Positions 1 through 10,913 of a stretch of 64,000 nt of DNA are shown in pieces. The stretch is taken from assembly GCA_025558095.1 (NCBI GenBank), contig JAIVFI010000022.1, positions 186,001 through 250,000 on the forward strand, written 5' to 3'. The stretch's first letter is position 1, and every line of letters starts with the position of its first letter. Source of the stretch: Hyaloraphidium curvatum SAG 235-1. Its lineage: Eukaryota > Fungi > Monoblepharomycota. The notes beneath the pieces are model-generated. The model saw only the letters and a program-made list of their open reading frames with translations. It was not told the DNA's origin and did not search any database. The position numbers and the translations under genes are program-made.

Positions 1-818
1 ACGGCGGCGTCGCGGACGGTGCGCATGCGCCGGAGGGCTTCCAGTTCGGACGTGTAGATCAGGGCCCGGTGCGCAGGGTCGTAGACCGGCGTGTCGGTCG
101 GGTAAACGACGATGCTGCGGAGAGCGATGCCGGGGATGGAGTCGATGATCTGGCGGAAAGCTTCGGGAACGCCCCAGAGGGCCGTCATGCTGCGAACCAC
201 GTGGTCCGGCAGGGGCAGGTGAGGCCCCTGGTACTCGTGCCAGCAGGCTTCCCAATCGACGCTCAACCTCAGGTTGCGGATGCCTTGGTGCAGGCCGGCG
301 GCGAGCGTCCACAGGCCCCTCCACGAGTCGCGGGCGCAGACGATGTCGACGTCGAGGACGTTGGGCGGCACGGCGAGCTCCCCGAGGCGGTCTCCCGTGC
401 CGTCCTCGCACTGCAGGCACAGGCGGACCAGGCTGCGGGCCCGCGCGATCGCATCCGTCAGGTGGAGCGCGCTGGCCGCCGTGAAGCCCGCCGAGAGCTC
501 CACAAGATGCGGCGCCGCGAGCTGCACCAGGCGCGCGCGCCGCCGGTCGAGCCCGGTGACGCCGAGCCGCGTGAGCTGCAGCCGCCGCACCCACGCAGCG
601 GGCTGGCCGCGGATGAGGAAGTCGAGCTGGGACGGGGCGGGGTCGCGCACGTCGCGGTGGAGCACGGGGAGCACAAGCGGGAGAAGTCGGCCGCACGTGC
701 GGCCGAGCCGCGACAGGGCCTTCGGGTCCCCGCGGGGCTTGGCTACGAACTCGGCCATCAAAGTGATGAGCTCGGGAGGCAGGTCAGAGAGTGCAGGGGC
801 GGGCTCCGGGGCGGACAT
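1..818 (-). CDS. F-box protein with LRR-like C-terminal region (3' end runs off window)
   Basis: Manual translation from ATG at 818 gives MSAPEPAPALSDLPPELITLMAEFVAKPRGDPKALSRLGRTCGRLLPLVLPVLHRDV, an F-box consensus (LSDLPxELxxxI...LxxLxxTCxxL). The frame is open to the window edge, so it is absent from the ORF track. Confidence 0.75.
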   Translation of the reverse strand, partial: MSAPEPAPALSDLPPELITLMAEFVAKPRGDPKALSRLGRTCGRLLPLVLPVLHRDVRDPAPSQLDFLIRGQPAAWVRRLQLTRLGVTGLDRRRARLVQLAAPHLVELSAGFTAASALHLTDAIARARSLVRLCLQCEDGTGDRLGELAVPPNVLDVDIVCARDSWRGLWTLAAGLHQGIRNLRLSVDWEACWHEYQGPHLPLPDHVVRSMTALWGVPEAFRQIIDSIPGIALRSIVVYPTDTPVYDPAHRALIYTSELEALRRMRTVRDAA

Positions 819-989
819 TGTGCGCGGGTTTGTGGTGACGTGGCAGAGAATCACCAGTGGTTGCAAACAAGTCAAGAGATTGGCCGCCCCAATCACACGC
901 ATGCAATGGCACGAGACGTCGCCTCCTGTACAGGATCTCGTCATCGGCCCTGCGTGATCCGTCCCGCGAAGAGGCGGGTTTCGCCTCAG

Positions 990-1574
990 TCAGCACCTCA
1001 GCTCCTCCCTGATCTGGGCGATCTGCCTCCCCCCGAACCGCGCCTCCGCCTCCCGCGCCACGACGCTCCTCGTTTTCATCCTGTCGACGTACAGCACCCC
1101 GTCGAGGTGGTCCACCTCGTGCTGCAGGATCCGCGCCGGCCACCCCGACGCGCGCCACGCGACCGGGTTGCCGTCCGCGTCCGCGCCCGCGACTTCAACC
1201 TCGAGCGCGCGCTCCACCAGCGCCGCGTAGCCGGGCACTGAAAGACAGCCCTCGAAGAACACTGCAGTCGCGTCCCCGATCTTCGTCAGCACGGGGTTCA
1301 CCACCACCCGCGTGCCGGTCTCCACCCGGCCCCTCTCCTCCCTCTCCGCCGGCGTCAACCGCGCCATCCTTTTCTCCGTGTCCTCGACAACAATGACCCG
1401 CCACGGCTCGCCGATCTGCGGCGCGGCGATGCCGACACCCGGCGCGGCGCGCAGCGATTCGAGCATCCGCGAGACGAGCGCGCGGAGACCGGGGGTGCCG
1501 AGCATCGAGGCGGGGACGGGGCGCGCGGGGGCGCGGAGGACGGGGTCGCCGGCGACGACGATGGGGTCGGGCAT
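990..1574 (-). CDS. def: Peptide deformylase
   Basis: All three PDF motifs are present: GVGIAAPQ, EGCLS and QHEVDHLDG. Likely start MPDPIVVAGDPVLR at 1574; intronless. Confidence 0.95.
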   Translation of the reverse strand: MPDPIVVAGDPVLRAPARPVPASMLGTPGLRALVSRMLESLRAAPGVGIAAPQIGEPWRVIVVEDTEKRMARLTPAEREERGRVETGTRVVVNPVLTKIGDATAVFFEGCLSVPGYAALVERALEVEVAGADADGNPVAWRASGWPARILQHEVDHLDGVLYVDRMKTRSVVAREAEARFGGRQIAQIREELRC

Positions 1575-1663
1575 CGCGGGTGGCGGGGAAGCGGGATGGG
1601 AGCACCCTCGGGGTGTGCAAACTCTGGGACGAGCGTGCCAAAGGCAGCATCCAGCCGTCAGGC

Positions 1664-3147
1664 TCACGAGCCCGGGCACACCGACTCGATCGTGAAGCTC
1701 ACCCCCGCCCCCCTGAGCACGCTCCACAGCGCCACCGACAGCGTCACGGTGGTCACCAAGAGCGTCTTTGCGAGCCCCCAGGTCACCACGATCCCCACGA
1801 AGGTCGCCCGCAGGTTGTCCGCGGCGCACAGGGACGTCAGCAGGACGACGTGTTCCCGAAGCTCTGCGGCAGCGGGCTGCCCGTGCACCCTTGCGGCCTC
1901 GGCGAGCATGGCCTGGAGCGCGGTGCGCGCATCGAGGTAGAGTGACCGGACGTCGTCGATCTGGTCGTTGGCGGCGGGAAGCTGCGCGAGGTCGACGCAG
2001 AGCTGGGCAAGGCTGATGAAGAGCCACAGGACGATCCAAAAGGGGATGCAGGAGCCCACGGCGACGTTGGCCGCGGCGCAAGCGGTCAGGACGAGGGGGC
2101 CGGCGACGGAATTCACCGTCGTGAAGGTGTTGTACGATATCGCGCTGACGGCCCGCGACGCCCGCCACCGCGATTCGTACGCCGTGTGCAGGGTGACGTA
2201 GAGCTCAGTGGTCCAGCTGTCCCCGACGGGCATGCCGTCCGCGAGGGCCGCGCGCGCGCGGGCGAGGAGTCGTGGAGGGCCAACCCGCTCGCGCGGCGGT
2301 AGATCCGGGTGCAGAGGCGCACGTCCGCGGGACTGAGCCGTGCAACGCGGATGAAGACGCCGAAGATGCTGAACGCAGCAACGGTGCAGACAAAGCACGT
2401 GCCCAGCAGTATGCCGTACCATCGTGACCAGAAGGCCGGGCCGAAGCGGACCAAGGGAGTCCACAAACAAAAGAACATGCCCGCAAGGCAGGCAGCTTGG
2501 AAAAAGCCGGGCCGGACGATACGGTCCCACAACGCCATGTTGAGGAGCCCGGAGCAGCAGGCACGGCACGTGCACTGCCGATCCCCCGGCACGTGTTCCA
2601 CGAGCTTCGATTGCGTCCCCGGGTCGCAGAGATCCAGCCACCGGCACATCTGCGAGAGGTTTGCTGCGAGAGCAGGTGCGTGACGTCTGGCCATGGCCTG
2701 CAACTTGCCAACCATGTACAAGACAATGGACATCGCCGTCAGGAAATGTAGGGCGATTGAGGCGACCCCGGTGGCCATCTGCCGGGTACTGAAGGTTCCA
2801 TCGTTGAGCGGAAATATCGTGGTGGCCGTTGCAATCTCCATGACGGCCGTGGCAACGATGCCAACTGTCACCATCGCGGGAATGGAGCCGGCGGCGCCGA
2901 GGACGCGCACGAGGCCCGCCAGCGCGCCCAGGCCCGCATCCTCCAGCCGCCTGACCACGTCGGACGGCGAGAGGAGGCCGCGCTCCGAGCCAGGGAACGC
3001 CTCGGGGTCGCCGCAACTTTTGGAGACATCGCCGCCGGCGAGGGAGCGCGGGAATGGGGCGGGCCCGTCCGCGGGCGCGGGGAAGGGGAAGACGGCCAGC
3101 AGATCCGCATCGTCCAGAAAATCGGGAAAGGCGTCGGTGGCCGCCAT
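1664..3147 (-). CDS. Putative 7TM gustatory-receptor-like (7TMIC/GRL) membrane protein, subfamily B; one frameshift near 2270
   Basis: ORF 2113..3147 gives the N-terminal TMs and a CTCRACC motif; ORF 1664..3016 gives the C-terminal TMs ending ATFVGIVVTWGLAKTLLVTTVTLSVALWSVLRG...ESVCPGS. One extra C at about 2270 (CAC GAC CTC CTC) joins the frames. Homologous to the other five copies. Confidence 0.65.
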
Positions 3148-3189
3148 GGCGAGGCGGGCGGAGGCAGTTCGACCGCTACGGGCGGCAGT

Positions 3190-3440
3190 GAAGAATCTTC
3201 GAAGAATCCATCAGGAAATCCTTCGAGTCCATCCAGAGACATCCCGAATCACCTCGAGGCTCCCAGATGCTCGAGATGCTACCAGAATCCGAGAAGACAA
3301 ATCTGGTGACATCCAGATGCAGCTCTTGGAGAGCACTTCATCCAGATGCCCCCCTGGGACATGCCTCCGTTTGAGATGTCGCCAGGGTCCGCGGTCCGGA
3401 TACAGATGCTGCCGCAGGCGGCGCCGGAGGTCTCGATGCT
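3190..3440. promoter_or_regulatory. Phased array of (A)GATG(C/T)/GAATC motifs upstream of the subfamily-B membrane gene
   Basis: AGATG at about 3265, 3274, 3315, 3344, 3374 and 3404, and CGATG at 3434. Spacing is about 30 bp in the distal part. Lies directly 5' of the ATG at 3147. Confidence 0.35.
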
Positions 3441-4599
3441 CCCGGACTCGTACAGCCATACCAGTGTTGAAACCCGTGTATTCAGCTCCACCTGGCACGT
3501 ACACTCGATGCCAACTTGTTCTATAGCCACTCCCCATCGCCTCGGCAGGCCGCGCTGTCGCCGTTGGTCGCCGTCCGCCCAGGAGCCGAACACTGAGGTC
3601 GCGGTTCGGGTCAGCAGATGAGCAAACGAGAACCCGGCGCCACGTACCTGATGATGCTGGCGACTATGAGCGAGCCTGCGGGGAAGGGAAGGAGGGAGCG
3701 GTGCGGATCAGCGAAGAGGGGACGGCGCAAGGCACCCACCCGGAGAGCTCCCCAAGACGAGGACCTGAGGGGGGAGAAGAGGAAACACGTGTCAGAAGCA
3801 CGCTTAAGCGAGGTCAGTAGCGGCGGGAGCGGCGGACATGCAGCGAGTGCGAGGAACTCGGGAACGGTTCGGCAGCAGTACCGGCGCGCCGGGGTCCCCG
3901 CCACGCGACGGATCACGGCAGCGAAATTAAGAGCGCGGAAGACGCGTTGCCGTGGGCGGCCCGGCGCGGAGACTCGGTCGAGGTTGCCCGGTCGATGCCT
4001 GAATTCTGTGTCGGTGGGGTTGATCACTCGATCTGATCACGCTCGGACCTTTCGCCGACGGAAGTGGCACAACGAGATCTTGGCTGAACAAATACAAGTA
4101 CAGTGCTTGCTCCTATTTCTACTGGGTGTCGTCTTCCTCCTCGCCGGCCTCGATCCGGGCCTGCCTCTCTGCGGCCTCCAGCTTCTCCACATCTTCAGCT
4201 CCGACGTTAGCCCACCTCCCGCGCGTTATCGCCTTGCGGCTTATGGCCTCCGCGAAGACGATGGCCGAGATGATGTCGAGGGCTTGCTTGATGATCGGCT
4301 TGGCATTTCCCCATCAAGTCGAGCTAATTGTTTCCGGGCCCGTCAGATGGCCAAGGGGATGTGACGAATGGACAAGGCCGAGGTCATCCTGCGACGCCAG
4401 GAGTTCGGGTCCGGCAAGATCTCCCGCAAACGCGGCTTCGGGGCCAAGTGCAAACACATCTCCATCTCGACGAACGCGCGCTTGACGGACGCCATCAGAA
4501 ACTACTTGGACGACAAGGTCCGCGGCTTTTCGGGCAGGCGAAAGAAGAAGAAGCGACCGAAGCTTCAGCGGCCGGAGGTGAGCCCAAAAGATCGGTTTG

Positions 4600-5095
4600 C
4601 AATGCTCTGATATACTCACAACGCGCTCCAGGTGGTGCCATATCGAACGCTGCACCTGGTTCGCGAGGATGCCGGGACTTTGGTCAAGGACACGCTCCAC
4701 GTCACGGACATGTTTTCATGGCGCTCGGCGCCAAGACTGCGTGCTCTTCCGGACTCCACGACGCCAGGGCATGGAGCTGGGCTCCACCGAGCTGTGCGTC
4801 GGCCGCATGGAGCTGCTCTTCAATGGCGACTTCGAGGACACCGCCGGCGTGGTTCGGACTTTGCACTTCGTGGCGTTGCGCCGCCACACCGTCCTCCGCG
4901 ACCGGACTCTGGAGGCTGCAAAGAGACTACTCGACGTCGGGCTTGATGGTGGTGGAGCTCAGCGCGGTCGTTCGGAGCGCGTATTTGATCCCCGACTTCG
5001 CGGTGCCCGTGGACAAGCAGGGCCGGCAAACTGCCTTCTATCTTGCGAGGCACATCGACTACGATATGTTCAAGCTTATTCCAGATGCCAAATAG
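4600..5095 (+). pseudogene. Degenerate ankyrin-like gene fragment
   Basis: Fragments in different frames resemble ankyrin helices (TLHFVAL...EAAKRLLDVG; DKQGRQTAFYLA). No coherent gene model. Confidence 0.2.
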
Positions 5096-5479
5096 AGCTT
5101 TGCTATTGTCTCGGCCCAGTCGGAGCGAAGACTCGGGAGCCCGACGGCGCGCCCCGTCTGCACCGGCACTTCACGCGCCGCGGAGTGCTTCCACCCGAAG
5201 GCGAACGATGTCGAAAGACGTGTACTAGGCCGGCAAGCTCGACGACTCGTCCGTGTTGTCTGCAGGACGCGGTGGTGGGCCGCCGAATGCTCCGCCCGCC
5301 AAGTCCGCGCCCCGCGACATCGCGCACGACCCAGAAGACAGTGCGCGCTCCTGGCCCCCCTCTGGTAGCATCTAGGTGGCCTGGAAGAACGGGTGGCCCT
5401 CTTCTGGACGCGTTGGGATGGTCACAATTGATACAGAAGCTTTGGGATGCCAGCAGATGCCGAGACCAGTTTCCTGATG

Positions 5480-5758
5480 TCAGCCCGCGCGCTTCCGAGC
5501 CAAGGTCTCGTCGCGCAGACGACTTCCCGCGCCATCCGATCTCTAGAACCCGGCGACATCTCGGATTCGAAAGATGAAAGATGGTCGAACAAACTGCTTA
5601 TCCTGGTTCGTGGATCCATGGGACCCTGCCTGCCTGCGGGACAATGTCGCTCGAGAGGAAGCTGCCTGGCTGGCTGGGCGTCGGCCGAAGTGCCGAAGTT
5701 CGTTTGAACGGCAAGCCTGGACGACGGATCGGCACGAGGGCCCGCAGACCGCAGAGCC
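5480..5758 (+). promoter_or_regulatory. Conserved upstream region shared by subfamily-A membrane genes
   Basis: Near-identical in reverse complement to about 15017-15260 (e.g. AAAGATGGTCGAACAAACTGCTTATCCTGGTT...GGGACAATGTCGCTCGAGAGGAAGCTGCCTGGCTGGCTGGGC). More diverged similarity to about 7610-7829. Confidence 0.6.
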
Positions 5759-7412
5759 ATGTCGCAGGAAGAGGACGCAGCGAAACCCGACGCGTCGTGC
5801 GGCCCGGAGACCCGCGCCCGGCGGCAGTTCCAACCGTTCACGCCTGAGGAGCTGGCCGCGCTCCTGCCGCTGAAGCCGCCCCCGCCGCCGCCGGCATTCT
5901 TCCCGGGCGACGACGATGCCTCGGACGACATCGAGAAGCTGTTGCGGCCACCGGATCCCGCTGCGGACGCGCGGGCGGCAGACCCCGGCCTGCGCGTTTT
6001 GGCACCCTTCCCGGGCCTCGCACTGTTCACGCGGATCCAGGGGTCTCTGGTGCCCTTGACTGCCTTCAGCGTGCCAATGTTTTGGCTGTGCGCGGCGGGC
6101 GTCGCCGCCGGTCTCGCGGTCGCTCTGGTGTTCCTCGCCCCGGCCGGGATCGCCCGCCAGAACCTGGCGATCGGGTTCGTATTCCCGGTCGTGCACATGC
6201 TCCTGGGAGGGGTTTTCAACGCCCAGTTGGCAGTTGGTCGCGGATTTACCTGGCAGGCGGCGCTGTGCTGGCCTCGGTCGCGCACACTCGTGCAGGCCAG
6301 ACTCGCGTTCGCCCGGGCCGGGTTTTTCGCCGACCGCTTGGCAGGGTTCCATCGGTGGATCGCCCTCTCCGGGGCAGGGTCAGGCGATGATGAAGCTCCT
6401 GGCGATTGCGAACCGGATTTCGTGCGCCATCTTGACAGGGACCCCATGTGCCCGTGTCCCCGGAAATCTTGTTCCGGGACCCTGCCACGAAATGCGCTTA
6501 CCCAGCGCGTGCTCCTGGTCGGTTCCCACACCCTACTATTCATGTTCTGCTTCCTCAGCATCCTTTGGACCCCCATCGTCACGCTCGCCGGCGGCACCTG
6601 GTCCAACGCGTGGTCGGGCACGGTGGTGACCCTGGGCCTCTGTGCCACGGTACCGCTCGTCCTCTGTCGTTTTCCCCTCCTCGTGGTGACATCCTCCGGC
6701 ATGCTCGCCACCTCGCGGCTTCGCCACCGTGCCATTGCCCTGTGTTTGGAATGCACCCTGCGAAGCTGCGCGGACGTGCTGCGTGGAGGCCCGGGTATGG
6801 ACGGTGCGGACGAGTACGCCCAGCTCGGCCCCCGTATCTGGGGGCAGGTGCGTGCCAGCGTCAGCCTCGTCAGTCTCCAGCCGAGAAACATCGCCCGTAG
6901 CATTCCCCTGCTCCTGGTCTACGGCGTGGCCAACGCAGTGAGTCCAAAATGACCGCACCGCCGGCGGGCCTTCCTGACCGCGCGGCCCATTGCAGATGGT
7001 CGGCCGCTGCGTTCCGGCATGGATCGTCGTCTACCTGGCCTGGTACCTCCTCACCCTCTTCCACGAGCTCTGGGTCGCCACCTTGATCAACGCCGAAGCC
7101 ACCGACTCGGCGTCGCAGTACGCCGCGGCCGCCTCGACCCTGAAGCGGCTGCTCCTCGCCGCGCACCCCGCATCCGGTCCCACGGCACCCTCAGGTGCCG
7201 TGGACCACGTGCGGGCGCACGCGGCGGCGCTGGAGACGCTGGCCGGTTCGGCGGCCGAGGGGGGGCGCAAGGCCAGGATCCTGGGGTTCGAGATCACGTT
7301 CGGGAGCATTCGGACGCTGTACGCCACGATCGCCACGGTCGCTTTCGCGGTGTGGGGGTTGCTCCGGGGCCTGGGCGTGGGCGTGCAAATGGAGAGCTTC
7401 TGCGGTGTCTGA
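5759..7412 (+). CDS. Putative 7TM gustatory-receptor-like (7TMIC/GRL) membrane protein, subfamily A copy 1 (about 531 aa, 2 exons)
   Basis: Exon 1 5759-6937, intron GTGAGT...CTGAC...GCAG 6938-6995, exon 2 6996-7412 in phase 0. About seven hydrophobic segments; C-terminus ARILGFEITFGSIRTLYATIATVAFAVWGLLRG. Confidence 0.75.
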
Positions 7413-7829
7413 AGCGGTGTTTCGGTACAGAGCTCTGACATATGGTGATGTTCAGCTTCGCAGGCTCATTCTAGAATGGGTTCAAAGGATTTGCCAGCAG
7501 TTCGGAAGTGCCCAGTTAATCGAGCGATGCGTCAATGGCTGCGATGGCGACGCGGGCGGGAGTGAGCGGTCCGACCGCGCGCAGCGGGCGGCAACGTAAG
7601 TGCGTGCCTTGTCGTACGACTTCCCCGGACATCCGATCTCTCGAAACCGCAACATCTCGGGTTCCCAAAAGGCCGGATATGATGTCATAATCCCTTGGTT
7701 CGCTGATGGACGTGCAGAACTGCGGGACATTGCTCGAAGCGGCGGGCTGTCGAGGCTGGCTGGAGGAAGCACCAATTGAGGAGAAAGCTTGGTGTTGGCC
7801 CGGCACGAGGGCCCGCGGACTGCCGAACC

Positions 7830-9486
7830 ATGTCGCTTGAAGAAGACGCAGCGAAGCCCGACGCTTCGGGCGGCCCGGACGCCCGAGGCCAGCGGCACTT
7901 CCAGCCCCTCATGGCGGACGAGATGGCCGCGCTCCTGCCGCTGAAGCCGCCCCCGCCGCCTCCTTCCTTCTTTGCGGAACGCGGCGACGATGCCTCGGAC
8001 GATCTCGAGAAGCTCCTGCGGCCGCCGGACACCGCAGCCGGCGCGCGGGCGGCGGACCCCGGCCTCGGCGTCCTGGCGCCCTTCCCGGGCCTGGAACTGT
8101 TCACCCGCGCACAAGCTGCTGTCATGTCGTTCTTTGCTTTGTTCATCGTGCCGATCCTCTGGTCGTGCGCGGCCGGCGTCGCTGCCAGTCTCGGGGTCGC
8201 CCTGGTCTTCCTCCTCCCGGACGGGACCCCGCCGCAAAGCCTGGCCGTCGGGTTCATTTTCCCCGTCGCGCATATCCTGCTGGCCGGTTTTCTGAACGCG
8301 CAGGTATTCGTCGCCATTGGATTTCCTTGGGCAGCGGCGCTGTTCTGGCCCTGCTCGCGGGACCTGGTGCCGACAAAACTAGCGTTCGCCCAGGGCCCGT
8401 TGTTCGCCGACAGGTTGGCAGGCTTCCATCGGTGGATCGCTCTTTCCGGCGCTGGACTCGTCGACAATGAGGCAACGACCTCCGATTACCCACGGGATCT
8501 TTTGCGCCATTTTGACGGGGACCCCATGTGCCCGTGCGCCAGAACATCCTGCTCAGGGACCCTGCCGCGAAGTGCGCTGACCCAACGCGTGCTTTTGGTC
8601 GTTTCACATACCTCTTTCTTCATGTTTTGCTACTTCACCATCCTTTGGACCCCCATCGTCACCCTTGCCAGCGACACCTGGTCCAACGCGTGGTCGGGCG
8701 CAATTGTGGCCCTGACCTTGTGTGCCACGGCCGCACTGGCCCTCTGCCGCGTACCGCATCTCACGGTGACCAGTTCCGTCATCCTGGCGACCTCGCGCCT
8801 GCGCCACCGCGCCATCGCGCTGTGCCTGGAATGCACCCTGCGCAGTTGCGCCGACGTGCTTCGGGGTGGCCCTGGGATCGACGGCGCGGACGAGTACGCG
8901 CTGCTCGGCACACGGCTGTGGGAGCAGGTGCGCGCCAACGTCGGCTACGCCAGCATCCACCCCAGGAACATCGCACGGCTCATGCCGCCGCTGCTTCTCT
9001 ACGGGGTCGTGAATGCGGTGGGTCCCAACGGCCTCGCTGATGGGCCTCGGTAACCTCACGCACAATCAGATCGTTGGCCGCTGCGTGCCGGCCTGGATCG
9101 TCGTCTACCTGGCCTGGTACCTCCTCACCCTGTTCCAGGAGCTCTGGGTCGCCGCCCTGACCAACGCCGAGGCCGCTGACTCGGCGTCACAGTACGCCGA
9201 AGCTGCTTCGGCGCTCAAGCAGCTTCTCCTCGCCGCGCACCCCGCAACCGGCCCCACGGCAGCCCCGGCCGCCGTCGAGCACGTGCGCGCGCATGCGGCA
9301 GAGCTGGAGACGCTGGCGGGGTCGGCGGCAGACGGGGGACGCAAGGCCAGGATCCTCGGGTTTGAGATCACTTTCGGGAGCATACGCACGTTGTATGCCA
9401 CGATCGCCACGGTGGCGTTCGCGGTATGGGGGCTGCTTCGGGGGCTCGGCGTGGACGTGCAGATGGAGAGCTTCTGCGGTGTTTGA
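7830..9486 (+). CDS. Putative 7TM GRL-like membrane protein, subfamily A copy 2 (about 534 aa, 2 exons)
   Basis: Tandem paralog of 5759-7412 with an intron at the same position (9018-9069, GTGGGT...CAG) and a nearly identical last exon. Confidence 0.75.
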
Positions 9487-10089
9487 AAGGGAGTGCCGAG
9501 ACGTTGCCCCGAAGACCAAAGCGATAGTTCGGTGGAACGCTGGAGTAGTCGGTGTTCGCCAACATCAAACTGTTTTCAGCTTTGCACTGGCAACCATTCC
9601 GAAGCATCCACTTCAATAGTCTGTGATCGAAGACCCACAGCTGTTCCAGAAGGATTTCGATGCCTGCATCGGAAGCGCGCTGGGCGAGATGAAGAAAATC
9701 TGGGGCATCACGGCAAGGACAATAACCAACTAAGGCTTTCGAGAGTACTTATTGTGCATTGACGTGAGTGAACACGGCCGGGCTAGAGCTTGGAACCAGC
9801 CGGGGGCTTAGGCACCTCGAAAAGTCCACGTATTCGCGGCAGATCTGCTTTCCCAGCTCACAACGTGCTCTTCCAGCGCCGCGGCCGCTCGCACGAGCAC
9901 GGCGTCCAACCTTAACAATTCCACCGATACATTCCTCCCCGTACCCCGTTCCCATCCCGCACCTCAACCCCCCTCCACCACCGGCCGGACACGCCGACTG
10001 CACCGTCACCACGGTCCCGAACGATCGGCGTGGACGCACGGATGGAGAGGCTCAGCCGTGACATTTCTCGTATTCCTTCTGCGACAATC

Positions 10090-10752
10090 CTACTTGGCAT
10101 CTTGCTTGATGCTCTCCGTGGCAGCGAGGTACAGCAGATCCAGGGCAAAGTCCGGCAACTCAGTGACAGCTGCCTTGTACTCCTCGTGTCCGTGCAGAAC
10201 TCTGATCATGTGGCTTGCCTTGAGCCCTGGGTGTGCTGGGATCCTCAGCTTCGATCCCGGCGCGGTGATTGAGTAAATCTGCCGCCAGTAGCGCAGCCAA
10301 GCCAGGTCATAATTGTCGGCATTGGATCCGCCGTCCCTGTCTTCCCGTACGAATGCCAGCGCCACGTCAGCGAGCTTGTCGAAGGACCACTTGTCCGCAA
10401 GCATGTAGATCTTCCCGACCGCTAGCTTGCGTTCCATCCACGGTTTCTCCGGCACCTTCAGCCTTTCCTTGTACAGAAACTCGATGATCGGGGCCACCGC
10501 TTCGGTCTCTTCCTCCGGAAGCTCCTTCACGCCGCTGTCGTCCTCGGCAAACTCGCCCTCCAGTGCGGCGCGCAGGAACGGCACGCGGCATGCGAGTTCC
10601 TTGTGTACGTGGATCGTCGAGCGCCTGGGACCGACCACGAGCCGTGAAATGGGGCCCATCAGAGCAGCAGCGAAGGGCGTCAGCGCCGGAGCGGCCTGCG
10701 AGGGCTCCGCATGTTGGTCCGCGCTGGCGGTCGCTTCGTCGCTCGTCGCCAT
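10090..10752 (-). CDS. BTB/POZ domain protein
   Basis: LVVGPRRSTIHVHKELACRVPFLRAALEGEFAE...ELPEEETEAVAPIIEFLY...IYMLADKW matches the fungal BTB consensus. Start MATSDE at 10752. Confidence 0.88.
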   Translation of the reverse strand: MATSDEATASADQHAEPSQAAPALTPFAAALMGPISRLVVGPRRSTIHVHKELACRVPFLRAALEGEFAEDDSGVKELPEEETEAVAPIIEFLYKERLKVPEKPWMERKLAVGKIYMLADKWSFDKLADVALAFVREDRDGGSNADNYDLAWLRYWRQIYSITAPGSKLRIPAHPGLKASHMIRVLHGHEEYKAAVTELPDFALDLLYLAATESIKQDAK

Positions 10753-10913
10753 GCGTGCTGCACGGTTGCTGAGGGAATCGCGGTTTGGCCCTTCCGGGAG
10801 GGCTTCGGATTTGGTTTGTTGACGTGTCGGTGACAACATCCTCAAAAGCCCGAGGACACACGGCGGACAGGATCCTCAAAGCGCCAAAGTCTATGATCGC
10901 AGTCCGTCCAAGA

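Noticed and set aside
3190-3440. CRISPR-like array suggested by the ~30-bp periodicity
   Set aside because: Only a 5-6 bp core recurs; there is no long direct repeat, no cas gene, and the context is eukaryotic.
3280-4600. Protein-coding gene among ORFs 3618..4364, 4126..4485 and 4368..4610
   Set aside because: No recognisable domain or consistent exon chain; at most decayed fragments.
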